This document shows, in pieces, positions 48,383 through 57,961 of a stretch of 64,000 nucleotides of DNA (the first letter of the stretch is position 1; each line of letters begins with the position of its first letter). The notes beneath the pieces were generated by a model, which did no database searches, was not told where the DNA came from, and saw only the letters and a program-made list of their open reading frames with translations. The position numbers and the translations under genes are program-made. This DNA is from Candidatus Woesearchaeota archaeon (GTDB lineage Archaea; Nanobdellota; Nanobdellia; SCGC-AAA011-G17; PNOQ01), in NCBI GenBank assembly GCA_018663865.1, contig JABJPM010000025.1:9024-73023 (forward strand). The letters are read 5' to 3'.

Positions 48383-49516
48383 ATGGAGTCATTAAAAACC
48401 CTGAGGGCAACAGCATTACTAACAGGCACTGTAATAGGGGCAGGAGTTTTAGGAATACCCTTTGCAATTGCAAAAGCAGGATTTCTTACCGGGTTATTGA
48501 TGATTGTTTTACTTGGTGCAGCAATGTTAATTTTAAATTTATTTTTTGGAGAAATAATTTTAAGAACTTCTGGAAGTCATCAATTTTCTGGTTATGCTGA
48601 AAGATATCTTGGTAAGTGGGGAAAATATCTTGCATCATTCGCATTATTTTTCGGGATATATGGTGCATTGATTGCATATATGGTTGGAGAGGGAGAGGCC
48701 CTTTCTGCAATTTTCGGACTGAAACCAATAATTTTCACATTAATATTTTTTGTATTAGTTGCAGCAATAGTTTTCAAAGGATTAGAGGCAATTTCAAAAT
48801 CAGAAATTTATCTTCTAAGTATAGTCTTATTATTGGTTGCAGTAATTTCAGTGATTACAATTTCATCTGGAAAGTTTGACATATCAAATTTAACTACATT
48901 CAATATATATCATATATTTATTCCATTCGGAGTAATATTATTTGCATTCAGGGGATTTGAAGCAATTCCTGAAATGAGGGAATATTTACAAAGAGATAGA
49001 AAAAAATTAAAAAAAGCAATAATAATTGGATCATTAATACCGTTGGTAGTATACATAATATTTGCATTTGCGACACTAGGAATAACTGGGGCAAATACCA
49101 CCGAAATCGTGACAATCGGACTTGGAGAATCTCTGGGCGAGGGAATGTTAATACTTGGAAGTTTATTTGCAATATTTGCAATGTTAACTTCATTTCTAAC
49201 TTTATCTCTAGCAATGAAAGAAATTTACATGTTTGATTATAAATTAAGTCCAAACAAATCCTGGGCTTTAACAATGTTTATCCCCATAATCATAATTTTG
49301 GCGGGAGCCACAGATTTCATAAAAGTGATCGGAATTACTGGCGCATTATCCGGGGGAATAGAGGGAATAATAATAGTTTTAATGCATAGAAAAGCAAGAA
49401 AACATGGGAACAGAGTTCCAGAATTTAAATTGGGAAAGAAAACCGGAATTGGACTATTTTTAATCTTATTGTTCATCCTTGGAATAATTTATCAGATATT
49501 ACAAATGATAAAATAG
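48383..49516 (+). CDS. Amino-acid permease (APC/aromatic amino acid transporter-like family).
   Basis: 377 aa with about 11 transmembrane helices. The N-terminus LLTGTVIGAGVLGIPFAIAKAGF is typical of amino-acid transporters. Confidence 0.65.
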   Translation: MESLKTLRATALLTGTVIGAGVLGIPFAIAKAGFLTGLLMIVLLGAAMLILNLFFGEIILRTSGSHQFSGYAERYLGKWGKYLASFALFFGIYGALIAYMVGEGEALSAIFGLKPIIFTLIFFVLVAAIVFKGLEAISKSEIYLLSIVLLLVAVISVITISSGKFDISNLTTFNIYHIFIPFGVILFAFRGFEAIPEMREYLQRDRKKLKKAIIIGSLIPLVVYIIFAFATLGITGANTTEIVTIGLGESLGEGMLILGSLFAIFAMLTSFLTLSLAMKEIYMFDYKLSPNKSWALTMFIPIIIILAGATDFIKVIGITGALSGGIEGIIIVLMHRKARKHGNRVPEFKLGKKTGIGLFLILLFILGIIYQILQMIK

Positions 49517-49551
49517 GAAAGTTTTAAATAATTATTAGGTTCACTTTTACT

Positions 49552-50856
49552 ATGTTAGCTAATAGGATTTTAATAAGGGATGCACTGGTAAAAAACCCAT
49601 CTTCTGAAGCAGTAGTTTCAGGATGGATAAAACAAATAAAACCTTTGGGAAAATTAATTTTTATAACTTTAAGGGATAGATCTGGCGAGATACAATTAAT
49701 TGCAAAAAAAGAACTGGACAATTTCAAAGTTCTTTCAAAAGTCACAAGGGAATCTTCACTAGTATTTAAAGGGAATATTCAAGAAAGTAAACAAAAATCA
49801 GGTGGAAACGAATTAGAAATAAAAGATTTTGAAATTTTAAATCAAGCAGAAACCCCCTTGCCAATAGATGTAGGGGCAGGAACTTCAAATATCGATAAAA
49901 GATTAGATCATAGATTTTTAGATACTAGGGAAGAAAAAATAAATGCAATTTTCAAGATAAGGAGCAAAATATACAAATTAACAACAGATTTTTTCGACGA
50001 TAATGATTTCACAAACATAACTACTCCAAAAATAACAAGTGCAGGAGTAGAATCTGGGGCAGAATTATTTGAGATGAAATATTTCAATAAAAAAGCATAT
50101 CTTTCTCAAAGTCCACAAATATACAAACAAATGTTTGTTGCAGGCGGATTCGAAAGAGTATATGAGTTGGCACCAGTTTTCAGGGCAGAGAATAGTAACA
50201 CAACAAGGCACCTAACTGAATTTACTGGAATAGATATGGAAATGGGGTTTATACAAAGCGAATCAGATGTAATGGATGTCATAGAAGAATTATTCAAATT
50301 TATTTTGAACAAATTAAAAAAAGAATGCAAAAGGGAACTAGAATTATTGGGGGTAAATCCTATTGTTCCAAAAAAAATACCTCGGTTATCAATGAAAGAA
50401 GTAAAAGAGATGCTCTCTGAAAAAGGGAAATCACTTTTAGAATCAGATGATCTAGATTCAGAAGCAGAATCAATAATTGGAAAAATAATAAAAGAAAAAT
50501 ACAATGAGGAATTTGTTTTTGTAACAAATTATCCGTGGGAGATTAGGCCCTTCTATCATATGAAACCAGAAGATGATAAAAATGGAACAAAATCTTTTGA
50601 TTTGATTTGGAATGGGGTGGAGATCGCAACCGGTGCACAAAGAGAGCATCGTTATAATATATTAAAAGAACAAGCAAAAGAAAAAGGAATAAATTTAGAT
50701 GAGATGGAATCCTATGCGGAAATTTTCAAATTTGGTTGTCCACCTCACGGAGGGATCGGGCTTGGTCTAGACAGGATGGTTCAAAGATTATTAAATTTAG
50801 ATAATGTTCGAGAGGCAATATTGCTCCCAAGAGATCCGGAAAGGTTAACACCCTAG
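49552..50856 (+). CDS. aspS: Aspartyl-tRNA synthetase (class IIb).
   Basis: An N-terminal OB anticodon-binding domain is present. The AspRS-specific QSPQ flipping-loop (LSQSPQIYKQ), the FRAE motif 2 and the GLGLDR motif 3 are present. 434 aa. Confidence 0.8.
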   Translation: MLANRILIRDALVKNPSSEAVVSGWIKQIKPLGKLIFITLRDRSGEIQLIAKKELDNFKVLSKVTRESSLVFKGNIQESKQKSGGNELEIKDFEILNQAETPLPIDVGAGTSNIDKRLDHRFLDTREEKINAIFKIRSKIYKLTTDFFDDNDFTNITTPKITSAGVESGAELFEMKYFNKKAYLSQSPQIYKQMFVAGGFERVYELAPVFRAENSNTTRHLTEFTGIDMEMGFIQSESDVMDVIEELFKFILNKLKKECKRELELLGVNPIVPKKIPRLSMKEVKEMLSEKGKSLLESDDLDSEAESIIGKIIKEKYNEEFVFVTNYPWEIRPFYHMKPEDDKNGTKSFDLIWNGVEIATGAQREHRYNILKEQAKEKGINLDEMESYAEIFKFGCPPHGGIGLGLDRMVQRLLNLDNVREAILLPRDPERLTP

Positions 50857-50893
50857 AAACATTTTTATAGATTATGAGGTATTTTAATAAAAA

Positions 50894-52192
50894 ATGGAAT
50901 ATTTATCAATAGAAAAAACATTTGAGAAAAAAGGAACAGTGAAAGTAAGAGGGTGGATACACCGAATTAGAAAAATGAAAGATAAGGTTTTTATTGTTCT
51001 TAGGGATTCTTCAGATGTTATTCAATGTGTGGTGAAAGATCCAGAAATAGTAAAGATTGCAGATGAATTATTGGTTGAAAGCTCATTAGAAATTGAAGGT
51101 AAAATTTACGAAGAAAAAAGGGCCCCAACTGGATATGAAATAGAAGTTTCAAAATTAAATATTGTACATCCTGCAGAGGATTTCCCAATAGGCAAAGATC
51201 AAAGTCCAGAATTTTTATTAGATCAAAGACATTTATGGTTAAGGTCAAGAAAAATGACTGCCATAATGAAAATCAGGAGTACAATTTTTGGCGCAATTCA
51301 CGAGTATTTTAGAAAAGAGGGATTTTATGAACATCAATCTCCGACTATGTTGGGTGCAGCAGGAGAAGGAGGATCATCAGTTTTTGAAGTAAATTACTTT
51401 GGAAAAAAGATCTATCTTGCACAAACTTGGCAATTACATGCAGAGGCAATGATGTTTGCATTGGAGAAAATATATACCCTTGCACCCTCATTTAGAGCAG
51501 AAAAATCATCAACTTCTAGACATTTAACAGAATATTGGCATGCAGAAATGGAAGTTGCATGGTGCAATTTCAAAGATTTACAAGACCATGTTGAAAAATT
51601 AGTAAAACACATTGTAAATAATGTCCTAAAAGAAAATAAAAAAGAATTAGAATTATTGAAGAGGGATTTAAAAACATTGGAAGCAACATCAAAAAAATCA
51701 TTTCCAAGAATGACATATGATGAAGTTTTAGAATTACTAAAAGAAAAAGCAGATTTGAAGATTCCTTGGGGAAAAGACCTTAGGACAATAGAGGAAGATA
51801 AATTATCTGCTTTATTCGATACCCCTGTAATTGTAACTGATTATCCTAAAAAAGTTAAAGCTTTTTACATGAAGGAATCTCCAGAAACTATAGATAAACC
51901 AGAAAATAAGAAAACTGTACAGGGATTCGATTTGATCGGCCCAGAAGGATATGGTGAATTAGTTGGGGCTTCACAGAGGGAAGAAAATATTGAAATAATA
52001 AAAGATAATCTAACAAAGGAAGGAGAGGATTTAAAAAATTATGAATTTTATCTTGATACTAGAAGATATGGTTCAATCCCTCACGGCGGTTTTGGGATGG
52101 GGGTAGAGAGGGTAATCTCCTGGATATGTGGATTAGATAATATAAAAGATGCAATCGCGTTTCCACGAACAATGACGCGGATGTCGCCATAG
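50894..52192 (+). CDS. asnS: Asparaginyl-tRNA synthetase (class IIb).
   Basis: It is a paralog of AspRS with AQTWQ in place of QSPQ, plus FRAEKSSTSRHLTEYWHAEMEVA and GFGMGVER. 432 aa. tRNA-Asn lies 38 nt downstream. Confidence 0.75.
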   Translation: MEYLSIEKTFEKKGTVKVRGWIHRIRKMKDKVFIVLRDSSDVIQCVVKDPEIVKIADELLVESSLEIEGKIYEEKRAPTGYEIEVSKLNIVHPAEDFPIGKDQSPEFLLDQRHLWLRSRKMTAIMKIRSTIFGAIHEYFRKEGFYEHQSPTMLGAAGEGGSSVFEVNYFGKKIYLAQTWQLHAEAMMFALEKIYTLAPSFRAEKSSTSRHLTEYWHAEMEVAWCNFKDLQDHVEKLVKHIVNNVLKENKKELELLKRDLKTLEATSKKSFPRMTYDEVLELLKEKADLKIPWGKDLRTIEEDKLSALFDTPVIVTDYPKKVKAFYMKESPETIDKPENKKTVQGFDLIGPEGYGELVGASQREENIEIIKDNLTKEGEDLKNYEFYLDTRRYGSIPHGGFGMGVERVISWICGLDNIKDAIAFPRTMTRMSP

Positions 52193-52230
52193 AAAAGCTT
52201 TTAAATTACCCACCTACCTTTTTTATTTAT

Positions 52231-52305
52231 GCCCCGGTGGCTCAGTCTGGTTAGAGCACATGGCTGTTAACCATGGGGTCGCAAGTTCAAATCTTGCCCG
52301 GGGCG
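52231..52305 (+). tRNA. tRNA-Asn (anticodon GUU).
   Basis: Fully canonical cloverleaf. The acceptor stem is GCCCCGG/CCGGGGC, the D-arm is GCTC-AGTCTGGTTA-GAGC, the anticodon stem is CATGG/CCATG with loop CTGTTAA, the T-arm is GCAAG-TTCAAAT-CTTGC, and the discriminator is G. Confidence 0.9.
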
Positions 52306-52324
52306 CTCATTTTCGACAAAACAA

Positions 52325-52338
52325 AACACTTATAAACC
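52325..52338 (+). promoter_or_regulatory. Putative BRE/TATA promoter element AACACTTATAAACC upstream of the DEAD-box helicase gene.
   Basis: An identical 14-mer recurs at 55527-55540 upstream of another gene. It fits the local consensus AACAnTTTATAAAC that I saw upstream of several genes (17927, 39833, 10343). Confidence 0.4.
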
Positions 52339-52423
52339 CTTCAAAAAACAATCAAATTAGTATTAAATGGAGATTGAAAAAGCAGTAATTACAATTACAC
52401 ACTTTTTCTAAACAAAATTTAAA

Positions 52424-53614
52424 ATGGAAAAATTTAAAGAATTAAATATAGGAAAATCAATATTGCAAGCTTTGCAAGAAGAAGGATTCGAAACTCCGAC
52501 GGAGATTCAAGAAAAATCCATCCCTTCTGCAATTGCAGGAAAAGATTTATTGGCTGGATCTGCAACAGGTTCAGGAAAGACATTAGCATTTGGAGCAGGA
52601 ATAATTCAAAACTCAGTAAAGGGTAATGGTATTCAAGCTCTAATTTTGACGCCGACAAGAGAATTAGCTCAACAAGTTAAAGAAGCATTAAAAAAATTCT
52701 CAAAACATAAACCTCTAACAATTTCAGCAGTTTATGGTGGGATGCCAATTGACCGGCAATTCAGAAGACTTAGAATTGCAGATATTGTAGTTGGAACTCC
52801 AGGAAGAGTCCTAGATCACATTAAAAGAAAAACAATAAAATTAAACAATGTAAAAACTTTAGTTTTAGATGAAGCAGATAGAATGCTTGATATGGGATTT
52901 ATAGACGATGTTGAGAGAATAATAAAAAGTGTACCAAATGAAAGGCAAACATTATTATTTTCTGCAACAATCCACGGGATGGTTGCAAACATAATAGAAA
53001 AATATCTAAATGATCCTGTAAAGATTGAAGTGCAATCTCATGTAGATCCAGCAAAATTAATACAAGGTTATTATGACGTTCCAGATCAATTGAAGTTTTC
53101 ATTATTAGTGCATTTACTAAAAGCAGAAACTTCTGGTTTAGTGATGGTATTTTGTAATACTAGGCACAACACTGATTTTGTTGCGAACAATTTAAAGGGA
53201 TTAGGAATACCTGCGGAAGCAATCCATGGTGGATTCACACAGGGAAAACGAAATAAAATCCTTGAAAGATTCCATTCTCAAAAAGTTTTAACATTGGTCT
53301 GTACTGATGTTGCAGCAAGAGGATTGGACATACCAAACATTTCTCACGTATATAATTATGATCTTCCAATAGATCCTAAGGATTACGTACACAGAATTGG
53401 GAGGACCGCAAGGGCAGGGAAAGAAGGGATTGCAGTAAACATTCTTGCATCTCGAGACCACGACAATTTCGGAAGAGTTTTAAAAGAAAATAAAATTAAA
53501 ATTCCGAAATTAGAAATGCCGCGGATTGAAAGAATAGAATTAAATTGGAGAGCCAAACCTAAAAAGTTCGGCGGCGGAGGCGGCAGCGGAGGGGGAAGAG
53601 GGCGGAGACGTTAA
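52424..53614 (+). CDS. DEAD-box ATP-dependent RNA helicase with a C-terminal Gly/Arg-rich tail.
   Basis: The Q-motif, GSGKT, PTRELA, DEAD, SAT, RGLDIP and HRIGRTARAG motifs are present. The tail is GGGGGSGGGRGRRR. 396 aa. Confidence 0.9.
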   Translation: MEKFKELNIGKSILQALQEEGFETPTEIQEKSIPSAIAGKDLLAGSATGSGKTLAFGAGIIQNSVKGNGIQALILTPTRELAQQVKEALKKFSKHKPLTISAVYGGMPIDRQFRRLRIADIVVGTPGRVLDHIKRKTIKLNNVKTLVLDEADRMLDMGFIDDVERIIKSVPNERQTLLFSATIHGMVANIIEKYLNDPVKIEVQSHVDPAKLIQGYYDVPDQLKFSLLVHLLKAETSGLVMVFCNTRHNTDFVANNLKGLGIPAEAIHGGFTQGKRNKILERFHSQKVLTLVCTDVAARGLDIPNISHVYNYDLPIDPKDYVHRIGRTARAGKEGIAVNILASRDHDNFGRVLKENKIKIPKLEMPRIERIELNWRAKPKKFGGGGGSGGGRGRRR

Positions 53615-55437
53615 TCTCCCCTCATAAAATCTTTCACATCTTCATAACTTCTAGCACCTTTCAAATTTATATGTTCAGGAAAATTTTTACGATAATTTCC
53701 CCACGCATACCGTTCATCTAAATAAATAATTATTCCTTTATCAGTTTCACTTCTAATACATCTTCCAGCATTTTGCATAATGGATGTAAATGCGGGCATA
53801 ATATAGGCATATTCCATTCCCTTGCCAAATCGCTCATCATAATATCTTGTCAGTTCCTTTATTTCCAAATCATTTCTAGCAAATGGCACCCCAACAATAA
53901 TTACACCCTTGAGTTTATCCCCATCAAGATCAATACTTTCTCCAAAGCTACCAGAACTAACCGCAAACAATGTAGCTCCTTTGTCTTTCATAGAAATAAA
54001 TTTTTTCAATATCAATTCTCTAGAATATTTGTCCATTCCAGGACTTTCAATAAATGTTTCTTCGTCTATATGTTCCAATACTTTGCCCATTATTGCATAA
54101 CTTGGAAAAAAGAAAATTTTGTTTCCATTGATTATCCCCATTAATTCCGAAACATGATGTGCAATTTTCTCATACATCTGACCATTCCTCTGATCAAATT
54201 TAGTAGAGATTGCAGGAACAACTAAATCTAACCTATTTTCTGCAGGGAATGGATTTGGATATTCCACTTTTAATGGTAACTTCAACCCAAACATCTCTTC
54301 ATACATTGTAAGGGGATAAAGAGTTCCACTCATAAAAATATTTGAATGTGATTCTTCCAAAATTGGATCGAGTACAATGCTAGGGTCAAGACAATTATAA
54401 AATAAACTAATAATTGGTTTCCCAGTTCTTGTAAAACTCCTTTTCAAAATTCTTGAAAATTTATCATTTTCTTTTTTCCATATTTGAAGAAAATTAACTA
54501 ATGAATTCAGATAACTTCGTTGTTCTTCCTCAACAACTTTGCTAGAAGTTTCATAAATTTTAGTAATCAGCTCATCATTTACAGAAATAAAATCATTTTT
54601 TGAAACAATAGTTTCATTTTTTTTCAATCCAAGTTTAGAACTCATATTTAATAGACTATTGCCGATTTCAACTATTTCTGGTTCAAGTTCCTGATTGAAT
54701 TTTCCTGCCTCTCGAACTGCAGAATCTAAACTTATTGTGCTAACATGTTCGCTCATCAAAGATCTTGCACGCGATGGAAGATTATGTGCTTCGTCCCAAA
54801 TCAAAATGCAATCTTTCAATTCCTTTCCGATTTTTTTAAAGAATCTCTCCCGCGTCCCAGAATTCAAAACATGAAAATAATCTAAAATTATAACTCTTGA
54901 TTTTTTTGCCAAATCCGATGCTGCCTCGAAACTACAAACCTCCGCATTACGACACTTATCTACAAGTTCATCAACATTCAATATATTGGTTTTTAATTCA
55001 TCAATTAATATCTTCTTTACGAATATTTTTTCTTTATTTCTATAGTTCTCATAATACTCGCATTCTTTATTCTCAACAACCGATTTACAAAATTCTCGAA
55101 ATTCCATGGAGTTCAAATTTGAAATATCCTCTCTTGGACACATCCATCGTTTCCCAATAAAATCCGCAACTTGAAAATTTATATCACTTTTTTCCTTTAT
55201 TTGTTTTAGAGTATCCACAACAACCTTGTGATGAGTATGTTTCGAAGTTAAAAAAAGTACAGTTTTATCATTTTCTATCGCATATTTTAATGAAGGAGCC
55301 AAAGTAGCAGCAGTTTTACCAACGCCAGTAGGGACTTGGGCCAATACATCTTTTTTATGGTTTAATGCGGTATTTACAACTCTAATGAAGGATTCCTGGC
55401 CCTTTCTATAGCTATCAAATGGAAATAAATCTTGCAT
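53611..55437 (-). CDS. xpd: XPD/Rad3-family 5'-3' DNA helicase with an Fe-S domain.
   Basis: PTGVGKT (motif I), DEAHN (motif II) and a Cys cluster in the insert (MCPRE...FCKS...KECE...) are present. I placed the start at MQDLFPFDSYRKGQ (55437). The track's 664-aa version has a hydrophobic, Cys-rich N-terminal extension that is unlikely to be real. Confidence 0.8.
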   Translation of the reverse strand: MQDLFPFDSYRKGQESFIRVVNTALNHKKDVLAQVPTGVGKTAATLAPSLKYAIENDKTVLFLTSKHTHHKVVVDTLKQIKEKSDINFQVADFIGKRWMCPREDISNLNSMEFREFCKSVVENKECEYYENYRNKEKIFVKKILIDELKTNILNVDELVDKCRNAEVCSFEAASDLAKKSRVIILDYFHVLNSGTRERFFKKIGKELKDCILIWDEAHNLPSRARSLMSEHVSTISLDSAVREAGKFNQELEPEIVEIGNSLLNMSSKLGLKKNETIVSKNDFISVNDELITKIYETSSKVVEEEQRSYLNSLVNFLQIWKKENDKFSRILKRSFTRTGKPIISLFYNCLDPSIVLDPILEESHSNIFMSGTLYPLTMYEEMFGLKLPLKVEYPNPFPAENRLDLVVPAISTKFDQRNGQMYEKIAHHVSELMGIINGNKIFFFPSYAIMGKVLEHIDEETFIESPGMDKYSRELILKKFISMKDKGATLFAVSSGSFGESIDLDGDKLKGVIIVGVPFARNDLEIKELTRYYDERFGKGMEYAYIMPAFTSIMQNAGRCIRSETDKGIIIYLDERYAWGNYRKNFPEHINLKGARSYEDVKDFMRGD

Positions 55438-55526
55438 CAAAGAATAACAATTGAGACATTTATAAAAACATAGGGACTCTAAACAAGGGAATATATTTAC
55501 TACTATTGAATAACAATAAATGGAAA

Positions 55527-55540
55527 CACTTATAAACCAA
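55527..55540 (+). promoter_or_regulatory. Putative BRE/TATA promoter element AACACTTATAAACC about 20 nt upstream of the 55558 ORF, which suggests a leaderless transcript.
   Basis: It is identical to the 14-mer at 52325-52338. Confidence 0.4.
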
Positions 55541-55557
55541 TTTAAGAATAATAAATT

Positions 55558-56067
55558 ATGAAAATATATCATTTTACTTCGGAACAGAATTGGAATCAGA
55601 TTCAAGAAGAATGGGCATTATTTCCCAGTTCCACCTATCGGAATATCTCCAATCATTTGGCACCACACCCTTCAATAGGCATATCAAGAATATATGGTTC
55701 TGGAATGAAACAATTTAATGTAGCATTGCAAAATGAAAGCGCATGGGAAGAATATGGATTATTAAAAACATTATTGAACCATACAACTGGAAAAATAAAA
55801 TTAGAATTAGATATGAAAAACAAAGAGGGAATTTTAGTTAGGGATCATGTTCATTTTTCACCAAAAAGAACAAAAGAATTGTATGGGGAGGATTTTTTCC
55901 ATGGATTAATTTCTGGTTCAAGTTCAAGAGATAATAAGGATCTGCATGATGCAATGGGAATGTACTATAATTCAACAATAAAATTAGAAGATTACAGTGG
56001 AAATTACAATGTTCCAGAGATTTGGATTCCCAACAGAATACCACTTTCAGAAATAATAGAAAGATAA
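55558..56067 (+). CDS. Hypothetical protein.
   Basis: 169 aa and globular-looking with Trp/His-rich, non-repetitive composition. No recognisable motif. A promoter-like element lies immediately upstream. Confidence 0.4.
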   Translation: MKIYHFTSEQNWNQIQEEWALFPSSTYRNISNHLAPHPSIGISRIYGSGMKQFNVALQNESAWEEYGLLKTLLNHTTGKIKLELDMKNKEGILVRDHVHFSPKRTKELYGEDFFHGLISGSSSRDNKDLHDAMGMYYNSTIKLEDYSGNYNVPEIWIPNRIPLSEIIER

Positions 56068-56068
56068 T

Positions 56069-56623
56069 TTATTTTTTTCTTAATCCAACAATATAAAATT
56101 CTTTACTTCTTTTTCTACTTCCAACCGGTTTAACAATTTTTGTAGTAAAAAAAGTTTTTTTAACCTCTTTAACAAATTTAGGAGAGAATTCACTTTGAAA
56201 TATTTTACAAACAAATTTACCATTTTTTTTAAGTACCTTTTTTGCAATCTCCAATGCCTTCATGCTAAGGTCATATGAATCCTCATTATCCAATGTGCGG
56301 ATACCAACTGTTTTTGGAGCAAGATCACTAAGAACAATGTCATACTCTTTTGAAATTTTTTCAAATAATGAATCAGAATAGATATCAACTTTTATCCAAT
56401 TGCCAAATTTAACTTCATTAACATCAACAGCATCAACTTTTGCACCCAATTCATCAACATATTGTGTCCAAGATCCGGGCGCGGCACCAAGGTCCAAAAC
56501 TTTATCTCCGGCCCTAATAACTTTAAATTTAGTTTGAATATCTTTTAGCTTATATACACTTCTTGCAAAATAACCTTCATATTTTGCCTTCCTAGTAAAT
56601 TTATCTCTTTGCATTATATCCAC
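56069..56623 (-). CDS. rlmE: FtsJ/RrmJ-type rRNA 2'-O-methyltransferase (RlmE-like).
   Basis: ARSVYKLKDI...VLDLGAAPGSWTQY...DIVLSDLAP matches the FtsJ K-D-K-E fold motifs. 184 aa. Confidence 0.85.
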   Translation of the reverse strand: MDIMQRDKFTRKAKYEGYFARSVYKLKDIQTKFKVIRAGDKVLDLGAAPGSWTQYVDELGAKVDAVDVNEVKFGNWIKVDIYSDSLFEKISKEYDIVLSDLAPKTVGIRTLDNEDSYDLSMKALEIAKKVLKKNGKFVCKIFQSEFSPKFVKEVKKTFFTTKIVKPVGSRKRSKEFYIVGLRKK

Positions 56624-57549
56624 TTCTTATATCTAAAGAATATAAAAAGTAATACTATGCTAAAAAACATAAATATTAGTGGTATAAAAAATCCATTTGG
56701 ATCATTATAGAAGGGGATTTTAGCAAAATTCATGCCCCATATTCCAGAAATCAACATAGGCAACAACAAAACAGATGCCAAAACTGTAAATGAGCGCATA
56801 ACATCATTTAAATTATTAGAAACCGAGGACATATGCATTTCAGAAATTCCCCTTATTTTCTCACCCTGATAACGGATCATATTTTCTGCTTGAGCAATTT
56901 CGACATGAGCACTATTTATGAAAATGTAATTTTTATCTGCAATAAATTTACTGGTTTTATTCAATAATTTATCTATAATCTCCAAATTTGAACTAATTGC
57001 CCTACCATAGCGAGATATTTGTTTTTTCAATGGAAAAATTTCATTAATATTATTCATTTTATTTTTTAAAACTTTATATTCAATCGCATCTAGCTTATCA
57101 TCAAAATCATTCAAATCCTTGTGCAAATTTCGGTTCATCTCAGAGACTATCTTATAGAATAAAAAATCAATTCCCCGCCCAAAGAATTCCGGACCTTCGG
57201 AAGTAAACATTATCTTAAAAAAGGTTGATATGGGTTTTAGAGGTTTAGCATGAATAGTAATTATAAAATTTTTACTTAAAAATATTCCAACTGGAACAGA
57301 ATTTTTCCCAATTAATGATCTAAAAACAATAAAAGAATATCGGTCCCTCGTTGATAATCTCGGAATTTCATTTTCATCTAAACTATCCACCAAATCTCGA
57401 GCATACAGTTTAAATTTATTTTTTAGTTTGTCTAATTCTTTCTCATTTGGAGATATAACATTGACCCAAACGCGATCTCTAATCAAATTAACTTTATCTA
57501 ATTCAACAGAGCTAGTTTTCTTTCCAGAATATTTAACACATTTAATCAT
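56614..57549 (-). CDS. corA: CorA-family Mg2+/Co2+ transporter.
   Basis: The C-terminal two transmembrane helices carry GMNF (WGMNFAKIP), and an acidic-loop soluble N-domain is present. I chose MIKCVKYSGKK (57549) as the start rather than the track's longer version. Confidence 0.8.
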   Translation of the reverse strand: MIKCVKYSGKKTSSVELDKVNLIRDRVWVNVISPNEKELDKLKNKFKLYARDLVDSLDENEIPRLSTRDRYSFIVFRSLIGKNSVPVGIFLSKNFIITIHAKPLKPISTFFKIMFTSEGPEFFGRGIDFLFYKIVSEMNRNLHKDLNDFDDKLDAIEYKVLKNKMNNINEIFPLKKQISRYGRAISSNLEIIDKLLNKTSKFIADKNYIFINSAHVEIAQAENMIRYQGEKIRGISEMHMSSVSNNLNDVMRSFTVLASVLLLPMLISGIWGMNFAKIPFYNDPNGFFIPLIFMFFSIVLLFIFFRYKKWI

Positions 57550-57618
57550 TACTCTAATTTTATTTTTTTTCTTTATAAATTTTCCTACCAATAGTCTTTT
57601 AAAGATAATTGTAAATAA

Positions 57619-57960
57619 ATGCCTATGCACGAGGGAATACATCATATTCAAAAAAGAAAAAGGACAAAGGGCAAGCATGAACCTTATCCTAGTAAAGATT
57701 TTTTAAAAAATATTTTAGATAGGGCGATTTATATTGCGGGAATTTTTGGGCTTGTAATGACCATCCCGCAAATATTAAAAATTTATGTAGAACAAAATGT
57801 TTCAGGAATTTCAGTTCTAACATGGGTTGCATATCTCCTAATGTCCCTGACTTGGGTAGCATACGGAATTGTTCACAAAGAAAAACCATTGATAATTACC
57901 TATTCGTTATGGGTAATAATGAAATTAGTAATTATTTTTGGAGTAATGTTATATAATTAA
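57619..57960 (+). CDS. Small PQ-loop/SemiSWEET-like 3-transmembrane membrane protein.
   Basis: 113 aa. A PQ motif lies in TM1 (VMTIPQILKIY) within a 3-transmembrane bundle of SemiSWEET size. Confidence 0.45.
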   Translation: MPMHEGIHHIQKRKRTKGKHEPYPSKDFLKNILDRAIYIAGIFGLVMTIPQILKIYVEQNVSGISVLTWVAYLLMSLTWVAYGIVHKEKPLIITYSLWVIMKLVIIFGVMLYN

Positions 57961-57961
57961 A

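Noticed and set aside
55438-55605. 56-codon N-terminal extension of the XPD ORF (MNLIPILFRSKMIYFHNLLFLNWFISVSIYCYS...).
   Set aside because: It is hydrophobic and Cys/Phe-rich and unlike XPD N-termini. The conserved helicase N-terminus begins at MQDLFPFDSYRKGQ. The extension also overlaps the promoter-like element of the divergent 55558 gene.
57550-57706. 43-codon N-terminal extension of CorA, and the plus-strand ORF 57428-57706.
   Set aside because: The extension (MLALCPFSFLNMMYSLVHRH...) looks unlike a CorA N-domain. The plus-strand ORF is antisense and low-complexity. The shorter CorA start avoids overlap with the PQ-loop gene.
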